64,000 nucleotides of DNA from the NCBI GenBank assembly GCA_963923955.1, contig OZ000552.1:1542061-1606060 (forward strand), written 5' to 3'. The DNA is from Gammaproteobacteria bacterium (GTDB lineage: Bacteria; Pseudomonadota; Gammaproteobacteria; Eutrophobiales; Eutrophobiaceae). Position numbers and translations under genes: made by a program. Below, piece after piece: positions 22,395 through 32,209 of the stretch. Position 1 is the first letter of the stretch; each line of letters opens with the position of its first letter. The notes under the pieces were generated by a model, which did not search any database, was not told where the DNA came from, and saw only the letters and a list, made by a program, of their open reading frames with translations.

Positions 22395-23117
22395 TCATTG
22401 GCCAACGAGTGTGCCCTCGTCTTGTCCTAAGGCGGCGCGGGTCAAGGCGCCGGGATTGAGCATGTCCAGCACCCGCAGCGGCATGTTGTTGTCGCGGCAC
22501 AATACGATCGCAGTAGTATCCATGACTCCCAGTTTTTGTTCAATGACCGCATCGTAGCTCAAGCGCTCATAGCGCACGGCGTCCTTGTGCTTGACGGGGT
22601 CGGCCGAATACACACCGTCCACTTTGGTAGCCTTGATCAAGAGCTCGGCGTTGATCTCAACCGCGCGCAGGCTGGCGGCGGAGTCGGTGGTGAAAAAGGG
22701 GTTGCCGGTGCCGGCGGCGAAGATGACCGCGCGGCCCTTCTCCAGATGGCGCACGGCGCGGCGGCGGATGTAGTCCTCGCAGACCTCGTTGACCTTGATC
22801 GCCGACATCACCCGAGCAAACAGGCCGGCCTGCTCCAGCGCATCCTGCAAGGCCAGCGAGTTCATAATGGTCGCCATCATGCCCATGTGATCGGCGGTTA
22901 CGCGGTCAACACCGGCGGCCACCAGATCCGCACCCCGAAAGAAATTCCCCGCCCCCAAGACGACCGCCACCTCAACGCCGGCCTGGTTCAGCGCACTCAA
23001 CTCATCAGCGATGTGCTTCATCACCGCCGGGTCGATGCCGTAGCCCTGCCCGCCCATCAGCGCCTCGCCGCTGAGTTTCAGCAGCACCCGCCGATAGCGC
23101 AAGTCTTGCCCGGACAA
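22395..23117 (-). CDS. pyrH: UMP kinase
   Basis: 240 aa, starts [11 protein letters not shown]. Confidence 0.9.
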   Translation of the reverse strand: MSGQDLRYRRVLLKLSGEALMGGQGYGIDPAVMKHIADELSALNQAGVEVAVVLGAGNFFRGADLVAAGVDRVTADHMGMMATIMNSLALQDALEQAGLFARVMSAIKVNEVCEDYIRRRAVRHLEKGRAVIFAAGTGNPFFTTDSAASLRAVEINAELLIKATKVDGVYSADPVKHKDAVRYERLSYDAVIEQKLGVMDTTAIVLCRDNNMPLRVLDMLNPGALTRAALGQDEGTLVGQ

Positions 23118-23119
23118 GA

Positions 23120-24028
23120 TTACTCGTGCTCCGGTGCAGGCGAGAGGCCGGCCTGGGCCATGACCTCGGCGGCGAAGTTATCCGCCTTTTTCTCCAGCCC
23201 CTCGCCGACCTCAAAGCGGACAAAGCCTTTCACGCTGGCCCGGTTGGCTTGCAGCAGCTTCGCCACATTCTGTTCCGGCTCCTTGACAAAGGGCTGGCCG
23301 AGCAGGGTGATTTCCTTGAGATATTTTTTCAGGCGACCGGCGACCATCTTCTCGATAATCTCCGGCGGCTTGTCGCTCTGGGCGGCCTGGGCGCGATAGA
23401 TTTCCCTCTCCTTCTCCAGCAACTCCGGCGGCACCTCGGCTTCGCTGATGTAAAGCGGGCGGGCGGCGGCGATGTGCATGGCCAGATCTCTGGCTAAGGC
23501 TGCATCGCCCCCGGCTACCTCGACAATGACGCCGATGCGGATGCCGTGGGAATAGAGGCCCAGGGTATGCTCACTCGTCCGCCGGGCAAAGCGGCGAATG
23601 CCGATGTTCTCACCGAGCTTGGCCACCAACTCCAATCTAGCCTGCTCAACACTCTGCTCGCTGCCGGGCAAGGGCAAGTTCGCCCAGTCCGTCGGTTCCG
23701 CCGGGTTTTGCGCCAGCACAGCGGCGGCCACGGCATCGGCAAAGGCGGCGAAGTGCTCATCCCGCGCCACAAAGTCGGTCTCGCAATTCACCTCCAGCAT
23801 GACCGTATCCCGGTTGTCCGATCCATCCGCGCCTTGCTTGATGAGGATCATTCCTTCCGCAGCAATGCGCCCGGCCTTGCCGGCGGCCTTGGCCACGCCG
23901 GTCTTGCGCATGGCCTCGATCGCCGCCTCGATGTCGCCGGCGGTCTCCGTCAGCGCCCTTTTGCAATCCATCATGCCGGCGCCGGTGCGCTGCCGTAGTT
24001 CCTTCACCAGGGCGGCGGTTATCTGCAT
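23120..24028 (-). CDS. tsf: translation elongation factor Ts
   Basis: ORF 23120..24109. Start set to [16 protein letters not shown], with a GAGGAG ribosome-binding site immediately upstream. Confidence 0.9.
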   Translation of the reverse strand: MQITAALVKELRQRTGAGMMDCKRALTETAGDIEAAIEAMRKTGVAKAAGKAGRIAAEGMILIKQGADGSDNRDTVMLEVNCETDFVARDEHFAAFADAVAAAVLAQNPAEPTDWANLPLPGSEQSVEQARLELVAKLGENIGIRRFARRTSEHTLGLYSHGIRIGVIVEVAGGDAALARDLAMHIAAARPLYISEAEVPPELLEKEREIYRAQAAQSDKPPEIIEKMVAGRLKKYLKEITLLGQPFVKEPEQNVAKLLQANRASVKGFVRFEVGEGLEKKADNFAAEVMAQAGLSPAPEHE

Positions 24029-24038
24029 CGCTGACTCC

Positions 24039-25505
24039 TCATTTTTTGCCTTCCTCATTGGCGGCCTTGCCCGCGGAAGGAATGAGCGCCACGCGCCCGT
24101 CGTTGACAAAGAAACGGATCCAGCTCACCGGCGGTTCCCCCTTGCCGCTCTTAGGTCTGCTCGGCGGCTGCTGCTGCGCATCTTCTACAAAGGCGGCGAC
24201 CGGCTTACCATCGTAGCGCTGCATAAATTCCCACCAGGCCGCACGGGCTGAGTTCACCCGATAGGGGCTGTCGGCCTTGTTCACACTGATGGTGTCGGAA
24301 TCGTGGATACTGGCGGGGGCTGCGGGCGTGACCTTTTTGTTGTCTGTCTGTTTAGGGGCGGTCTGTTTTTCGGCAGCTTGCTCTGGGACAATCTGTTTCT
24401 CGGCAGCTTGCTCTGGGGCGGTCTGTTTTTCGGCAGTTCGCTCCGGGGCGATTTGCTCAGCATCGGCAGGCGCAGGCTCGCTCGCTGCGGCCGGTGCTGA
24501 ATCCGTTACCGGTTCTATTGCCGGCTCCGCCTCTGGCTTCGCTACAGATGCGGCATCCTCGGCGGTCTTTGTCTCTTCGGCAGCCACCGGCGCCGGCTCG
24601 GCGGCGGTCGGTTCGTTCGCCCCAACCTCAGCGGCAGGTGCGCCCTGATGCTCTTCCCTCGCAACCTCCTGCTTCACCGCCCTCTTGCGGCTGGCCTTCT
24701 GCCTGATCGTGGCCTGACTCTTTTTCTTTGTCTTCCTGGCCTTTTTCTCCACCACCGGGGCGCCGGTCTCATCTAATTCAATAAACTCATCATCCCCCTC
24801 TTCCAGGCCCAGATGGGCAACGGATTCGCGCCCCTGCAAAATCGCATCGGCCACTTCGCGGGCGTAGAGCCGGATGGCGCGAATGGCATCGTCATTGCCC
24901 GGGATGACATAATCGACGCCATCGGGGTCGGTGTTGCTATCGACCACGCCGACGACCGGAATGTTCAGCTTGCGCGCCTCACGCACGGCGATGTCTTCGT
25001 AGCCGACATCGACCACAAACATGGCGTCCGGGGCGACCACCTGCATGTCCTTGATGCCGGCCAAGTTGTTGTCCAGCTTCTCCAGTTCGCGCTTATGCCG
25101 CAGCACTTCCTTCTTGTTCATGCGCGCCAAGCTGCCGTCCTCCTGCATGGCTTCTAAGTCTTTCAAGCGCACGATGGACTGCTTGACGGTCTTGTAATTA
25201 GTCAACAGCCCGCCCAGCCAGTGGCGATTGACATAGGGCATCTCGCAGCGCAGCGCCTCTTCCTTGATGATGCCCTGTGCAGCGCGCTTGGTGCCGACGA
25301 AGAGGATGGTGCCGCGCTTGGCGGATAAGCGACTGATGAAGTTCAGCGCCTCGTTAAAGAGCGGCAAGGTCTTTTCAAGGTTGATGATGTGGATCTTGTT
25401 GCGCTGGCCGAACAGATACGGCCGCATCTTGGGGTTCCAATAGCGGGTCTGGTGCCCAAAATGCACCCCCGCCTCCAGCATTTCACGCATGCTAAGCCTG
25501 GGCAT
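24039..25505 (-). CDS. rpsB: 30S ribosomal protein S2 with a ~250-aa C-terminal extension
   Basis: The N-terminal ~240 aa are canonical S2 ([27 protein letters not shown]...). The ORF continues in frame through an A/P/E-rich linker with 3.5 x 30-bp tandem repeats, then a hydrophobic-cored C-terminal segment ([23 protein letters not shown]...[17 protein letters not shown]). Its stop TGA overlaps the tsf ribosome-binding site. Confidence 0.85.
   Translation of the reverse strand: MPRLSMREMLEAGVHFGHQTRYWNPKMRPYLFGQRNKIHIINLEKTLPLFNEALNFISRLSAKRGTILFVGTKRAAQGIIKEEALRCEMPYVNRHWLGGLLTNYKTVKQSIVRLKDLEAMQEDGSLARMNKKEVLRHKRELEKLDNNLAGIKDMQVVAPDAMFVVDVGYEDIAVREARKLNIPVVGVVDSNTDPDGVDYVIPGNDDAIRAIRLYAREVADAILQGRESVAHLGLEEGDDEFIELDETGAPVVEKKARKTKKKSQATIRQKASRKRAVKQEVAREEHQGAPAAEVGANEPTAAEPAPVAAEETKTAEDAASVAKPEAEPAIEPVTDSAPAAASEPAPADAEQIAPERTAEKQTAPEQAAEKQIVPEQAAEKQTAPKQTDNKKVTPAAPASIHDSDTISVNKADSPYRVNSARAAWWEFMQRYDGKPVAAFVEDAQQQPPSRPKSGKGEPPVSWIRFFVNDGRVALIPSAGKAANEEGKK
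24345..24450. repeat. about 3.5 tandem copies of a 30-bp unit inside the rpsB 3' extension
   Basis: ggggcggtctgtttttcggcagcttgctct / gggacaatctgtttctcggcagcttgctct / ggggcggtctgtttttcggcagttcgctcc. These encode the [10 protein letters not shown]-type repeats. Confidence 0.8.
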
Positions 25506-25706
25506 TATGCTTACTCCTTATGGGGTTACGCCTCCGCACACCTCGCATAATTGACCTGGGCTAAGCAGGCACCCCATATGCGCTTTGCTCGTGTGCGTGT
25601 GTTGTCGTTAGTGTTGGTTAAGGTTCCGAGTTTGCCTAAATTGCGGCGGCTTTATACCATAGATGCCGCCTTACAGCAAAGCTTAATTTTTAAGATACAA
25701 AAATAT

Positions 25707-26498
25707 ATGGCGATCAGCATCAAAACCCCGGCAGAGATAGCCAGGATGCGCCGCGCCGGGCAGCTGGCGGCTGAGGTGCTGCAGATGATAGAACCGCATG
25801 TGCAGGCCGGTGTGAGCACGGCGGAGTTGGATCAGCGCTGCCATCAATACATCACCGGGGAGCTGGGCGCGATCCCGGCGCCGCTGAATTACCGCGGCTT
25901 TCCAAAATCCATCTGCACCTCGGTCAACCATGTCGTCTGTCACGGCATACCGGGCGATAAAAGGCTGAAAGCAGGCGACATTATCAATATCGACATCACG
26001 GTCATCAAGGACGAGTTTCACGGCGACACCAGCAAGATGTTCTTTGTCGGCACACCCTCCATCCGCGCCCGGCGCCTGGTGGAGACGACTTATGCCTGTT
26101 TATGCCTGGGCATCAAGGCGGTCAAGCCCGGCGCCCGGCTGGGCGACATCGGCCATGCCATCGAGCGCCACGCGCAAGCCCATCGCTTCTCGGTGGTGCG
26201 TGAATACTGCGGCCACGGCATCGGCCGCGCCTTCCACGAAGAGCCGCAGGTGCTGCACTACGGCGAGCCGGACACCGGCCTGGTGCTGGAGCCGGGCATG
26301 ACCTTCACCATCGAACCCATGCTCAATGTCGGCAAGCGCCAGGTCAAGCTGCTGGCCGATGAGTGGACGGTCGTGACCAAAGACCGCTCGCTGTCCGCCC
26401 AATGGGAGCATACCCTGCTGGTAACTAGCGATGGCGTGGAAATACTGACCCGGCGCCCGGAAGAGAACTTCGGGCAAGGCCGCGGAGAAAATTTTTAA
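25707..26498 (+). CDS. map: type I methionyl aminopeptidase
   Basis: ORF 25551..26498. Start trimmed to MAISIKTPAEIARMRRAG. Core motifs include VCHGIP and HGIG. Confidence 0.9.
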   Translation: MAISIKTPAEIARMRRAGQLAAEVLQMIEPHVQAGVSTAELDQRCHQYITGELGAIPAPLNYRGFPKSICTSVNHVVCHGIPGDKRLKAGDIINIDITVIKDEFHGDTSKMFFVGTPSIRARRLVETTYACLCLGIKAVKPGARLGDIGHAIERHAQAHRFSVVREYCGHGIGRAFHEEPQVLHYGEPDTGLVLEPGMTFTIEPMLNVGKRQVKLLADEWTVVTKDRSLSAQWEHTLLVTSDGVEILTRRPEENFGQGRGENF

Positions 26499-26504
26499 GC
26501 GCCT

Positions 26505-29165
26505 TTGTTGATCATGTGGGCGGAAGACATCGTTGACCGGGCGCTGTTTGATGAGCAGGATTTCACGCCGCTGCCGGAGGCCCGCACGGCACAGCTGCAA
26601 GCATTCAAGCAACGCCTGCGCTGCGGCAACGAGCACCTAAACGCCCTGTTTGCAGATGGCGCGGCGATCAAGGACATCCTCTATAAACGCGCCTGGTTCA
26701 TCGACCAACTGCTGACCCTGGCCTGGCGGCGCTTTGTTGACGCAGACGGCTTTGCGCTCGTTGCCGTAGGCGGCTATGGTCGGCGCGAGTTGCACCCCTG
26801 CTCCGACATCGACCTGCTGATCTTGAAAAGGCCGCGACCGCCGCAGGGCAGCCTCGGCACTTTGGAGACCTTCATTACTTTCCTCTGGGACATCGGCCTG
26901 GAAGTCGGCCACAGCGTCCGCACGGTCAAGGAGACCCGGAACGCGGCGCGCGCCGATATCAGCATCATCACCAACCTGATGGAGTCGCGCCTGATCACCG
27001 GTGCGCCGGCGCTGTTTGCCGCCATGCAGCAGGCGACCGCGCCCAAAAAAATGTGGCCGCCGCGCAAGTTATTTGCCGCCAAGCTGGCCGAGCAGAGGCT
27101 GCGGCATCAGCGCTTTGATGCATCCGAGCATAGCCTGGAGCCGAACCTGAAAGAAGGCCCTGGGGGTTTGCGCGATCAACAGACCATCGACTGGGTGGCC
27201 AAGCGCCATTTCGGGGCAACCCGCTTCAGCGAGCTGGTGGCGCATGGCTTTCTCACCCGCGCTGAGTACCAGAGCCTGAATGCGGCGCGCGCCTTTCTGT
27301 GGCAGGTGCGCTATGCCCTGCATACGCTGGCCGGGCGGCACGAAGAGCGCCTGCTGTTTGATTATCAGCGCAGCATCGCCGCTACCTTCGGCCATGCGGC
27401 AAAAGACAACAGCGGCGTTGAGCAGTTCATGCGCCGCTATCACAAGACGGTTGCAGAACTTAGCCGCTTAAACGAAATGCTGCTACAGCACTTTCAGGAA
27501 GAGATCGTCTATGCCCGACGGCGGGAGAAGATCCGCGCGCTGAACAAGCGCTTTCAGATCAGGAATGATTTTATCGAAGTAACCGGCAAGGAAATATTCA
27601 AGCGCTACCCCTTTGCACTGCTGGAGATCTTCCTGCTGTTGCAGCAATACCCGGCGATCAAGGGCGTGCGCGCCAGCACGGTGCGGCTGATTCGCGAATC
27701 ACTTGGCCTGATCGATGATGCCTATCGCGCCGACATCCGCAACAAGAGCTTATTCATCGAGATCATCCGCCAACCGCACAGGGTCGGCCATGAGCTGCGG
27801 CGCATGCACCGCTACGGTGTGCTGGGCGCCTACCTGCCGGAGTTCGCCCGCATTGAGGCGCTGATGCAATTTGACTTGTTTCACTGCTACACGGTGGATG
27901 AGCACATCCTCTTTGTCGTGCGCCACATGCGCTGGTTTGGGCTGGAAGAATATCGGGAAAAATATCCGCTCTGCCACCGCATCCTGCAAAGGCTCCCGAA
28001 GCGGGAGCTGCTCTACATCGCCGGCATTTATCACGACATCGCCAAGGGCCGCGGCGGCGACCATTCCGAAAAAGGCGCGGCAGATGCCATCCTGTTTTGC
28101 CGTAGCCACCTGTTCAGCGAGTTTGACGCCCGCCTGGTCGGCTGGCTGGTGGAGAACCACCTGCTCATGTCCAGCACTGCGCAACGAGAAGACACCAACG
28201 ATCCGGAGACGATCAACCGCTTTGCCGCTAAGGTCAGCGAGGTGATGCGGCTGGATTATCTGTATCTGTTGACTGTTGCCGACATTAACGGCACCAACCC
28301 GAAGCTGTGGAACAGCTGGAAGGCATCGCTGCTGGCGGATTTGTATGAAAAGACCCTGCTGGTGCTGCGCCGCGGCCTGCATAACCTGATCGACAAGGAT
28401 GAGCGCATCCACGAGACCAAGAGGGAGACCCGCCGCCTGATCGCAGAAAAGACAAAGGCCGACATCGACACCGAAGCCGTCTGGGAGCCGCTGGGCGAGG
28501 ATTATTTCATTCGCTACTCCCCCGATGAGATCGCCTGGCACACGCGCGCCATCGCCAAGACCAGGGCCGCTAACCTGCCGCGGATACTGATCCGGGAGAT
28601 GACCGATCGCGGCGGGACGGAAATTTTTATCTATACTCGAGATCAGAGCAAGCTGTTCTCGCGCATGACCGCCGCCCTGGATCGGCTCAGCCTTAATATT
28701 CTCGATGCGCGCATTATTACCTCCAACAACGGCTACAGCCTGGACACCTACATCGTGCTGGAATCCTCCGGGGAAGCCGTACAAGGCGCAGCCAGGCGGC
28801 GGCAGATAAAAAATGTGTTGCGGCAAGTACTCACGCAGCTGGACCAGCCCCTCAAACGCAGTTCCAAGCCTGGCCGGCGGCAGCTGAAGAGCTTCCCCAT
28901 CCCGGCCCGGATCAGCGTCACCCAGGATGATCGCAACCAGCGCACCGTCCTGGAGGTCAGCGCATCGGATCGCCCCGGCTTCTTATCCTCGGTCGGCCTG
29001 GCGCTGGAGTTGGCCGGAGCGAATGTACAAAGCGCCAAGATCGCCACCTACGGCGAGCGCGTTGAGGACATCTTCTTCATCACCGATCAAAACAATCAGA
29101 TGATGAGCGATGCCGACCAACTCGATCATTTATCCCAATCCATTACGGACTTGCTCTCGGCCTGA
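26505..29165 (+). CDS. glnD: bifunctional [protein-PII] uridylyltransferase/uridylyl-removing enzyme
   Basis: 886 aa with nucleotidyltransferase, HD and two ACT domains. Conserved map-glnD adjacency. Confidence 0.9.
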   Translation: MLIMWAEDIVDRALFDEQDFTPLPEARTAQLQAFKQRLRCGNEHLNALFADGAAIKDILYKRAWFIDQLLTLAWRRFVDADGFALVAVGGYGRRELHPCSDIDLLILKRPRPPQGSLGTLETFITFLWDIGLEVGHSVRTVKETRNAARADISIITNLMESRLITGAPALFAAMQQATAPKKMWPPRKLFAAKLAEQRLRHQRFDASEHSLEPNLKEGPGGLRDQQTIDWVAKRHFGATRFSELVAHGFLTRAEYQSLNAARAFLWQVRYALHTLAGRHEERLLFDYQRSIAATFGHAAKDNSGVEQFMRRYHKTVAELSRLNEMLLQHFQEEIVYARRREKIRALNKRFQIRNDFIEVTGKEIFKRYPFALLEIFLLLQQYPAIKGVRASTVRLIRESLGLIDDAYRADIRNKSLFIEIIRQPHRVGHELRRMHRYGVLGAYLPEFARIEALMQFDLFHCYTVDEHILFVVRHMRWFGLEEYREKYPLCHRILQRLPKRELLYIAGIYHDIAKGRGGDHSEKGAADAILFCRSHLFSEFDARLVGWLVENHLLMSSTAQREDTNDPETINRFAAKVSEVMRLDYLYLLTVADINGTNPKLWNSWKASLLADLYEKTLLVLRRGLHNLIDKDERIHETKRETRRLIAEKTKADIDTEAVWEPLGEDYFIRYSPDEIAWHTRAIAKTRAANLPRILIREMTDRGGTEIFIYTRDQSKLFSRMTAALDRLSLNILDARIITSNNGYSLDTYIVLESSGEAVQGAARRRQIKNVLRQVLTQLDQPLKRSSKPGRRQLKSFPIPARISVTQDDRNQRTVLEVSASDRPGFLSSVGLALELAGANVQSAKIATYGERVEDIFFITDQNNQMMSDADQLDHLSQSITDLLSA

Positions 29166-29167
29166 TC

Positions 29168-29830
29168 ATGTACACGGTCTCTCCCCCGCAATCGGAAAAC
29201 GAACTGATGGCGCGCGCTGCGAGCTTAAGCGGCAAGAGCCTCGGACAGATCGCCCGGCAGATGGGCATCCTTATCCCGCCCTCGCCAAGACAGGCAAAAG
29301 GCTGGGCCGGCGCATTGATGGAAAAATACCTGGGCGCCACCGCCTCGTCCTTGTCCGAGCCGGACTTTCAGCTGCTGGGCGTGGAGTTGAAGACCATCCC
29401 GCTGGGGCGAAATCATCTGCCGAAAGAATCCACCTATGTCTGCACCGTGCCGTTGAATGACAAGCGGCAGGCACGCTGGGAGACCTCGAACATCAGACGC
29501 AAACTCGCCTGTGTGCTGTGGCTGCCGATTGAGGCGGACAAGGCCATCCCGCTCGCTCAAAGGCGGATCGGCCGCGCCCTGCTCTGGCGTCCGGACCGCG
29601 AGCAGGAGGCGGCGCTGCGGCAGGACTGGCAGGAGCTCATGGACATGATCCGGATGGGCGAGCTGGACAAGATCTCCTCCCGCCACGGCAGCTATTTGCA
29701 AATACGCCCCAAAGCGGCGAATGCAAAAGCATTGACCAGGACTGTCAATGCCGCCGGCGAGGCTGACCTTACCCTGCCGCGCGGCTTTTACCTGCGCCCG
29801 GCCTTCACCCGGCGGATACTGCAAGGATGA
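29168..29830 (+). CDS. mutH: DNA mismatch repair endonuclease MutH
   Basis: Near-identical blocks to E. coli MutH: DFQLLGVELKTIP, VLWLPIEADKAIPLAQRRIG, DWQELMDMI, HGSYLQIRPKAANAKALT, LTLPRGFYL. Confidence 0.9.
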   Translation: MYTVSPPQSENELMARAASLSGKSLGQIARQMGILIPPSPRQAKGWAGALMEKYLGATASSLSEPDFQLLGVELKTIPLGRNHLPKESTYVCTVPLNDKRQARWETSNIRRKLACVLWLPIEADKAIPLAQRRIGRALLWRPDREQEAALRQDWQELMDMIRMGELDKISSRHGSYLQIRPKAANAKALTRTVNAAGEADLTLPRGFYLRPAFTRRILQG

Positions 29831-30834
29831 AAAAATCGCCGGATCGAAGGCTATGCGTGGCGCCGATGATGCGCCATACTGATCGACACTTTCGCTACCT
29901 GCTGCGGCTCATCTCCCGCCGCGTGATGCTCTATACCGAGATGATCACGACCGGCGCCCTGCTGCACGGCGAGACCGCCCGCTATCTGCGTTTTCACCCG
30001 GCCGAGCATCCTGTGGGCATACAGCTGGGCGGCAGCGACCCAGCCGCGTTGGCGCAGTGTGCGCGGCTGGCGGAAGATCATGACTATGATGAAGTCAATC
30101 TCAACATCGGCTGCCCCAGCAACCGCGTCAGCGCCGGCCGCTTCGGCGCCTGCTTACTCGCCGAGCCGCAACTCGTGGCCGAATGCGTGGCCGGGATGCA
30201 GAGCGCAGTGAAAATTCCGGTCACGGTCAAGACACGCACCGGCATCGATGCGTTGGATAGCTACGAGCATCTTTGCCATTTTGTCAGAACAGTCGCCCAA
30301 AGCGGCTGCCAAACCTTCATCATCCATGCGCGCAAGGCGTGGCTACAAGGGCTTAGCCCCAAGCAAAACCGAGAGCTGCCGCCGCTGCAATATGAGCGCG
30401 TGTATCATCTGAAGCGCGATTTTCCCCGGCTTGAGATCATCCTTAACGGCGGCATCGACTCGCTGGAAGAAATACCCGGACATGCAAAGTTTGTGGACGG
30501 CGTGATGCTGGGGCGGGCGCTCTGCAACAACCCGTATCTGCTGGCCGCGGCCGATGGGAAAATTTTTAACACGCCCCATGCCATAGTGTCTCGACAGGAG
30601 ACACTGCATCGTTTTATGCAATACATCGCAGCGGAGCTTGCCGCGGGCAGCCCGCTGAGCCACCCGGGCCGGGCGATTATCGGTCTTTATCAGGGCCGAC
30701 CGGGCGCACGTGCCTACCGGCGCTATCTTAGCGAGAATATTTATCAGGCAAATGCCGGCGTTGAGGTCGTTGAAGAGGCCATGAAGCGGGTATGCGGAAG
30801 ACAGAAAACAGAGGACAGAAGGCTGAAGGCGTAG
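29827..30834 (+). CDS. dusA: tRNA dihydrouridine(20/20a) synthase
   Basis: 335 aa with LCVAPMMRHTDRHFRYL and the Dus TIM barrel. Confidence 0.85.
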   Translation: MKKSPDRRLCVAPMMRHTDRHFRYLLRLISRRVMLYTEMITTGALLHGETARYLRFHPAEHPVGIQLGGSDPAALAQCARLAEDHDYDEVNLNIGCPSNRVSAGRFGACLLAEPQLVAECVAGMQSAVKIPVTVKTRTGIDALDSYEHLCHFVRTVAQSGCQTFIIHARKAWLQGLSPKQNRELPPLQYERVYHLKRDFPRLEIILNGGIDSLEEIPGHAKFVDGVMLGRALCNNPYLLAAADGKIFNTPHAIVSRQETLHRFMQYIAAELAAGSPLSHPGRAIIGLYQGRPGARAYRRYLSENIYQANAGVEVVEEAMKRVCGRQKTEDRRLKA

Positions 30835-30964
30835 AATAAAGTACGGCGATAGTAACCTGCCGGGCGGTGAATATTTCCTGATTCCGGTAGAATTTTGAAC
30901 CTTATCACCTGCCGGGGACTCCTTAAACAGGGCATCACTACAACAAGCATATAAAGGCAAAAAT

Positions 30965-31645
30965 ATGAAAACAATACTTATCTTCACCCTCATGCTCAGC
31001 TTCTATTTATCTGCCCAAGCAGAGGACAAGGCAGAGGAAAATCTGGCCACAGACAAGCAAAAATTCAGCTATGCCGTCGGTGCACAGTTGGCGCAGGAGA
31101 TGGCGCAACAGGCCATTCAGCTCGATGTAGCGGACTTTGTACAGGCAGTAGAAGACGTGCTGAACGGCGCGCCACTAAGACTGTCCCCGCAGCAGATGCA
31201 ACAGGCCATTTTGCGTTATCAGCAACAGGCTGCAAAAGAGCAGGAACAGGCCGGCCAGGCAAATAAGCTGGCCGGCGAGAAGTTCCTTGCGGAAAACAAG
31301 ATGAGAGAAGGCATGATAGAGACCGACAGCGGCCTGCAATACCGGGTCATCCGACAAGGCAAGGGGGAAAAGCCCGTCAGCGATGATGAGGTCGTGGTAC
31401 ATTATCGCGGCACCCTGATCAATGGCGACGAGTTTGACAGTTCCTATGCGCGCGGCGAGCCCGTCACCCTCCCCGTGTCTGGCGTTATCCCGGGCTGGCA
31501 GGAAATCCTGCCCATGATGCCGGCCGGTTCCAGATGGCAGGTCTATGTCCCGTCGCATCTGGCCTATGGCGAGCGGGGGGCGGGCGCGGACATCGGGCCT
31601 AATGCCGCGTTGATTTTTGATATAGAATTGTTGTCTGTAAAATAG
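30965..31645 (+). CDS. fkpA: FKBP-type peptidyl-prolyl cis-trans isomerase (periplasmic)
   Basis: 226 aa with signal peptide, N-terminal dimerisation helix and FKBP domain (GLQYRVIRQGKGEKP...HYRGTLINGDEFDSSY). Confidence 0.85.
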   Translation: MKTILIFTLMLSFYLSAQAEDKAEENLATDKQKFSYAVGAQLAQEMAQQAIQLDVADFVQAVEDVLNGAPLRLSPQQMQQAILRYQQQAAKEQEQAGQANKLAGEKFLAENKMREGMIETDSGLQYRVIRQGKGEKPVSDDEVVVHYRGTLINGDEFDSSYARGEPVTLPVSGVIPGWQEILPMMPAGSRWQVYVPSHLAYGERGAGADIGPNAALIFDIELLSVK

Positions 31646-31672
31646 TCTGCAATAATTCAGCGAAAAATCTTT

Positions 31673-32134
31673 ATGTCCGTTTTCAAGTCTCTATTTTCTG
31701 TATTCGCTGCGGTCTCTATCGCCCTGGCTGCTGTCGGCACCGGGGCGCAGACGGTAGATGCCCGGCACCATTACGAGCAGGGTATGCAGCACTATGAATC
31801 TGAAAATTATGCTACAGCCCGGGCGGCATTTGAACAGGCCGTGCAGTTATCCCCTGAGACAGCGAAGTATCACCACATGCTGGGCCGGAGTTATGGCCAA
31901 CTTGCCGAACAGTCCAACTGGCTCAAGGCCATGCACCTGGCCAGAAAGACGCTCAGGGCCTTTCAGCGTGCGGACGAATTAGACCAGCACGATGAGCAGA
32001 TCATCACTGACCTAATGCAATATTATTCACAAGCCCCGGCCTTCCTCGGCGGGAGTGAAAAAAAGGCTTCTGCCCTGCAAGAGCGGCTGAAAAAGTTGCG
32101 CCAGGCCCCGGTTGTAAAAAACATAACTTATTAA
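31673..32134 (+). CDS. hypothetical secreted TPR-like protein
   Basis: 153 aa with signal peptide and helical TPR-like content. No specific family recognised. Confidence 0.5.
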   Translation: MSVFKSLFSVFAAVSIALAAVGTGAQTVDARHHYEQGMQHYESENYATARAAFEQAVQLSPETAKYHHMLGRSYGQLAEQSNWLKAMHLARKTLRAFQRADELDQHDEQIITDLMQYYSQAPAFLGGSEKKASALQERLKKLRQAPVVKNITY

Positions 32135-32209
32135 AAAAAGATCGTTTTATTGATTATCCTTAAAAAGCTGACCTAGAATGACGCACCAATACCTAAGCAC
32201 CTTATCCCC

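Noticed and set aside
22536-23399. 287-aa plus-strand ORF spanning pyrH/tsf
   Set aside because: Antisense to two conserved genes. A high-GC artefact.
24277-24648. 123-aa plus-strand ORF in the rpsB extension
   Set aside because: It arises from the complementary strand of the 30-bp tandem repeats (repetitive AACSG units), and rpsB reading is continuous on the other strand.
27750-28826. 358-aa minus-strand ORF inside glnD
   Set aside because: Antisense to glnD.
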